Part shown: one piece after another, positions 61,550 to 64,000 of the stretch
Position numbering within the stretch: position 1 is the first letter of the stretch
How the letters are laid out: each line of letters begins with the position of its first letter
Assembly: GCF_035594765.1 (NCBI RefSeq)
Contig: NC_085844.1
Location: 87,373,923-87,437,922 of the forward strand
From: Anolis carolinensis
Taxonomy: Eukaryota
Direction: 5' to 3'
Length of the DNA: 64,000 nt
The notes under the pieces: generated by a model
What the model saw: the letters and a program-made list of their open reading frames with translations, nothing else
The model's database searches: none
Told to the model about the DNA's origin: nothing
Position numbers and translations under genes: made by a program

Positions 61550-64000
61550 TATTTTTTTCTATTTTTTTGTATTTTTTTTAAATTTTATTGTAGAACACAC
61601 ACACACACACACGATCTTGATATTCCACAATCAAAATACAAGTATTTTTCACCAGTCCCGCCACTCCCCATTCTCATCCATGAATACATATCCACCTTAC
61701 ATAATATGAAGGTACAGGAATACAACTGAATATTTATACCCCAGTCTGATCAAGCATGTAATTGTTTCCCTTGATTTCACCAGCTATTCTATTATCACTC
61801 AGAATCCTGTTAATCTTATACATAGCCGTCTGTCTGAGGTTCTCAAAAGTACTCATTATCCTGTATCCCGTTTTACGTTGTTTCCCCTCTTTCTCCCTCC
61901 GTCCTTCCCTCTTTCCCCTGGGAACAGTTTAGTAATCTTACTATACTTATAGTTGCTCAATCATGAGGGTGGTCTTATTATTTATTTAATTCCTTTATAT
62001 TTATATTTCCCCCTTTTTTCTGGAAATGATACCCTTCCATTTTGCCTCCCAGGTCTTTTTGGTTTGGCCCATCCTATAATAGCTATTCCTTTCACTAATA
62101 TAGTCTTGAAGTATTTATACCAAGTTTTTGTATCCCATTTCTTTTGGTCTTTCCAACCTAGGGAAACTGAGGTTTTAATTGCATCTAACATGTATTTTAT
62201 TATTTCCTCCCATTCTTTAAGTTCCCCATTGCCTTCCATTTTTTGAACAAAAATTGTGTTTGTTCCAATCTATTTTTGTCCCCAATATCTCTTCCATTTT
62301 CTTCTTAATTATATTATAGAATCTTTGATTTTTTTTCACATTCCTACCACATGTGGGTTCTGGTTTTTCCACAATTATACCACCATTGTTTTGGGCAGGT
62401 TATTGTTATATAAGTCAGTTGCACAGAAGTTCTGTTCTGCTACTTGTACAAGTGAAGCCCAGAAACTCTGCTTCCATGAAGGTACAAATATTCCTTTAGA
62501 TCACTCTTGGTACTTCCATATAGCTGTAATTTCCAGAATTCTGCCTGACAGTGCAGAGATCATGCTGTGATTTCGCTTCTCATTCTGCCAACTAAAACAC
62601 TTTAAAAAATATTTGTTCTATATTTTACCCATATACTTATTTTCATTTATTTTGATAACACTATGTAACATGATTTTTGTTCCTGGGTTATAAATGTCAT
62701 TTCCTAATTGGTTCAATCACAAAAACATGGAAAAAGTTTATCAAACTGGAACAACCTGCAGCACATTTTGCTATAGTTTTTCAATGAATGTCTCAACCAA
62801 TTCAACATGGTTTGTGGCAGCCACAAAAATGAAGTTTCTAAGTTATAACAACTACTTTCAGAGTACAGTAAGTACCACACAATTAAACAGGAAATAACAT
62901 TTTCAAACCAGGAATATATTTTTTTTTCAAATCTTGTTACATAGTATTAATGGATGATTTTGGCAAATATGATTACAGACTGTACCATTTATAATTATTA
63001 GCATCTACCGTTTATGTCGTATAAGTTGACTTCATGTATTAGTCTAGGGCAGGCATGAGGGCTAAAATTTTCATATGATCTGTGGATAGGTCAAGGATTC
63101 AATGTAGAAACATGTTATGGCAGAGATATTGGATGTTTCCTACGGGGGAGAGTGGAAATTGACACTTCTCTTACAAGAGATTATGCCCAGAAGGACATCT
63201 TACTCCATGTAAGCATTGCGTCCTGTAACACTCCATGTAAGCATTGCGTCCTCCCTGCCCCACATACATACACATACTTCTTCTTGCCTGATTTAAAGAA
63301 CCTGCCATGAGAAAAGTGAACATTTCCAGGCGTGCCATCCTAGCTAAAAGGTGCAGTTCAGTAGACCATATGCTATCATCTAAATTACTTAACTTGACAA
63401 TTTCAGTTATTTTAGTATTTAAAGAACCTGCTATGGGAAAAGTGCATGTGTGTGTGTGTGCTCAGCATTCCATTTACAGAAATGTGTGTGAAGGAGGATT
63501 GGTGTTTTTATGACTAGGGATTCTGCTCATATAAGAAAATGCCCCCCCCCCCGGCACTCTGCTCCTTGGCAGGAATATTTTTAGGTCTTTTTCCCAATTT
63601 TCCTTATCAGACATGATCTGTATCCCCATCCATTTATTAGTTTCTCTAATCTGACCCATCTTTTGGGCTTACCAACGTCCAGTTCAAGTAACCTGGCCAG
63701 TTGGCAGGCTTTAACGTAGTTCTGTAGGCAACATGTTCCCCAGCCTCCATTTTCTTGTGGAGTGAAAAATACTGTGTTAGCAATTCTATTCTTACCTGGC
63801 ACCTACTATCCATCTTTTGATTGAATTGTCCCATTTATTTATTATTTTAGGTGGGCTACTAAATGGGTGAGTTTGGAATAAGTATAAAAATTTCAGTAAT
63901 ATCATTTTGTATGTCTTCAGCCTTGTTGTAATGTCCTAATTCCATTTTTCCAATTGTTAATTTGTTTACTTACTTTTTTCCATATTTGATTATAATTTAT
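61550..64000 (-). mobile_element. L1-clade LINE fragments, interrupted by MITEs
   Basis: Poly-T end; ORF2-like remnants HMW*ECEK, AIKTSVSLGWKDQKKW, ENGGWG..LQNYVKACQL. Confidence 0.65.

Noticed and set aside
63202-63252. 23-bp direct repeat actccatgtaagcattgcgtcct x2
   Set aside because: Ordinary local microduplication within decayed repeats.

Overview
Eukaryotic (squamate reptile) genomic DNA. The TE repertoire (Sauria SINE, L2-tailed SINE, Vingi, CR1, many DNA MITEs) points to the green anole, Anolis carolinensis; this is inference. The window holds the conserved vertebrate block UCHL5 (-, coding exons 1-7, 3' end off-window) / RO60=TROVE2 (+, complete, 8 coding exons, 538 aa) / GLRX2 (-, complete, 4 exons, 146 aa with mitochondrial presequence) / CDC73 (+, exons 1-7, continues off-window). 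All exon boundaries were read by hand and phase-checked. No prokaryotic system, CRISPR array or RNA gene is present. Most notable: (1) an exact head-to-tail dimer of a ~2.37-kb composite non-autonomous Helitron (A|TC...hairpin-CTAG|TC...hairpin-CTAG|T) carrying captured pieces of four other TE classes, nested in a ~150-bp MITE inflated to 5.8 kb in GLRX2 intron 1; (2) a fossil hAT-Tip100/THAP12-like transposase, visible only after removing nested insertions, lying between the separated UCHL5 and RO60 CpG promoters, while GLRX2 and CDC73 start codons are only 335 bp apart; (3) three in-frame GLRX2 ATGs with weak-then-strong Kozak context; (4) a GC-AG intron plus a MITE 21 nt from the acceptor at CDC73 exon 6; (5) a duplicated decoy 3' splice site in UCHL5.
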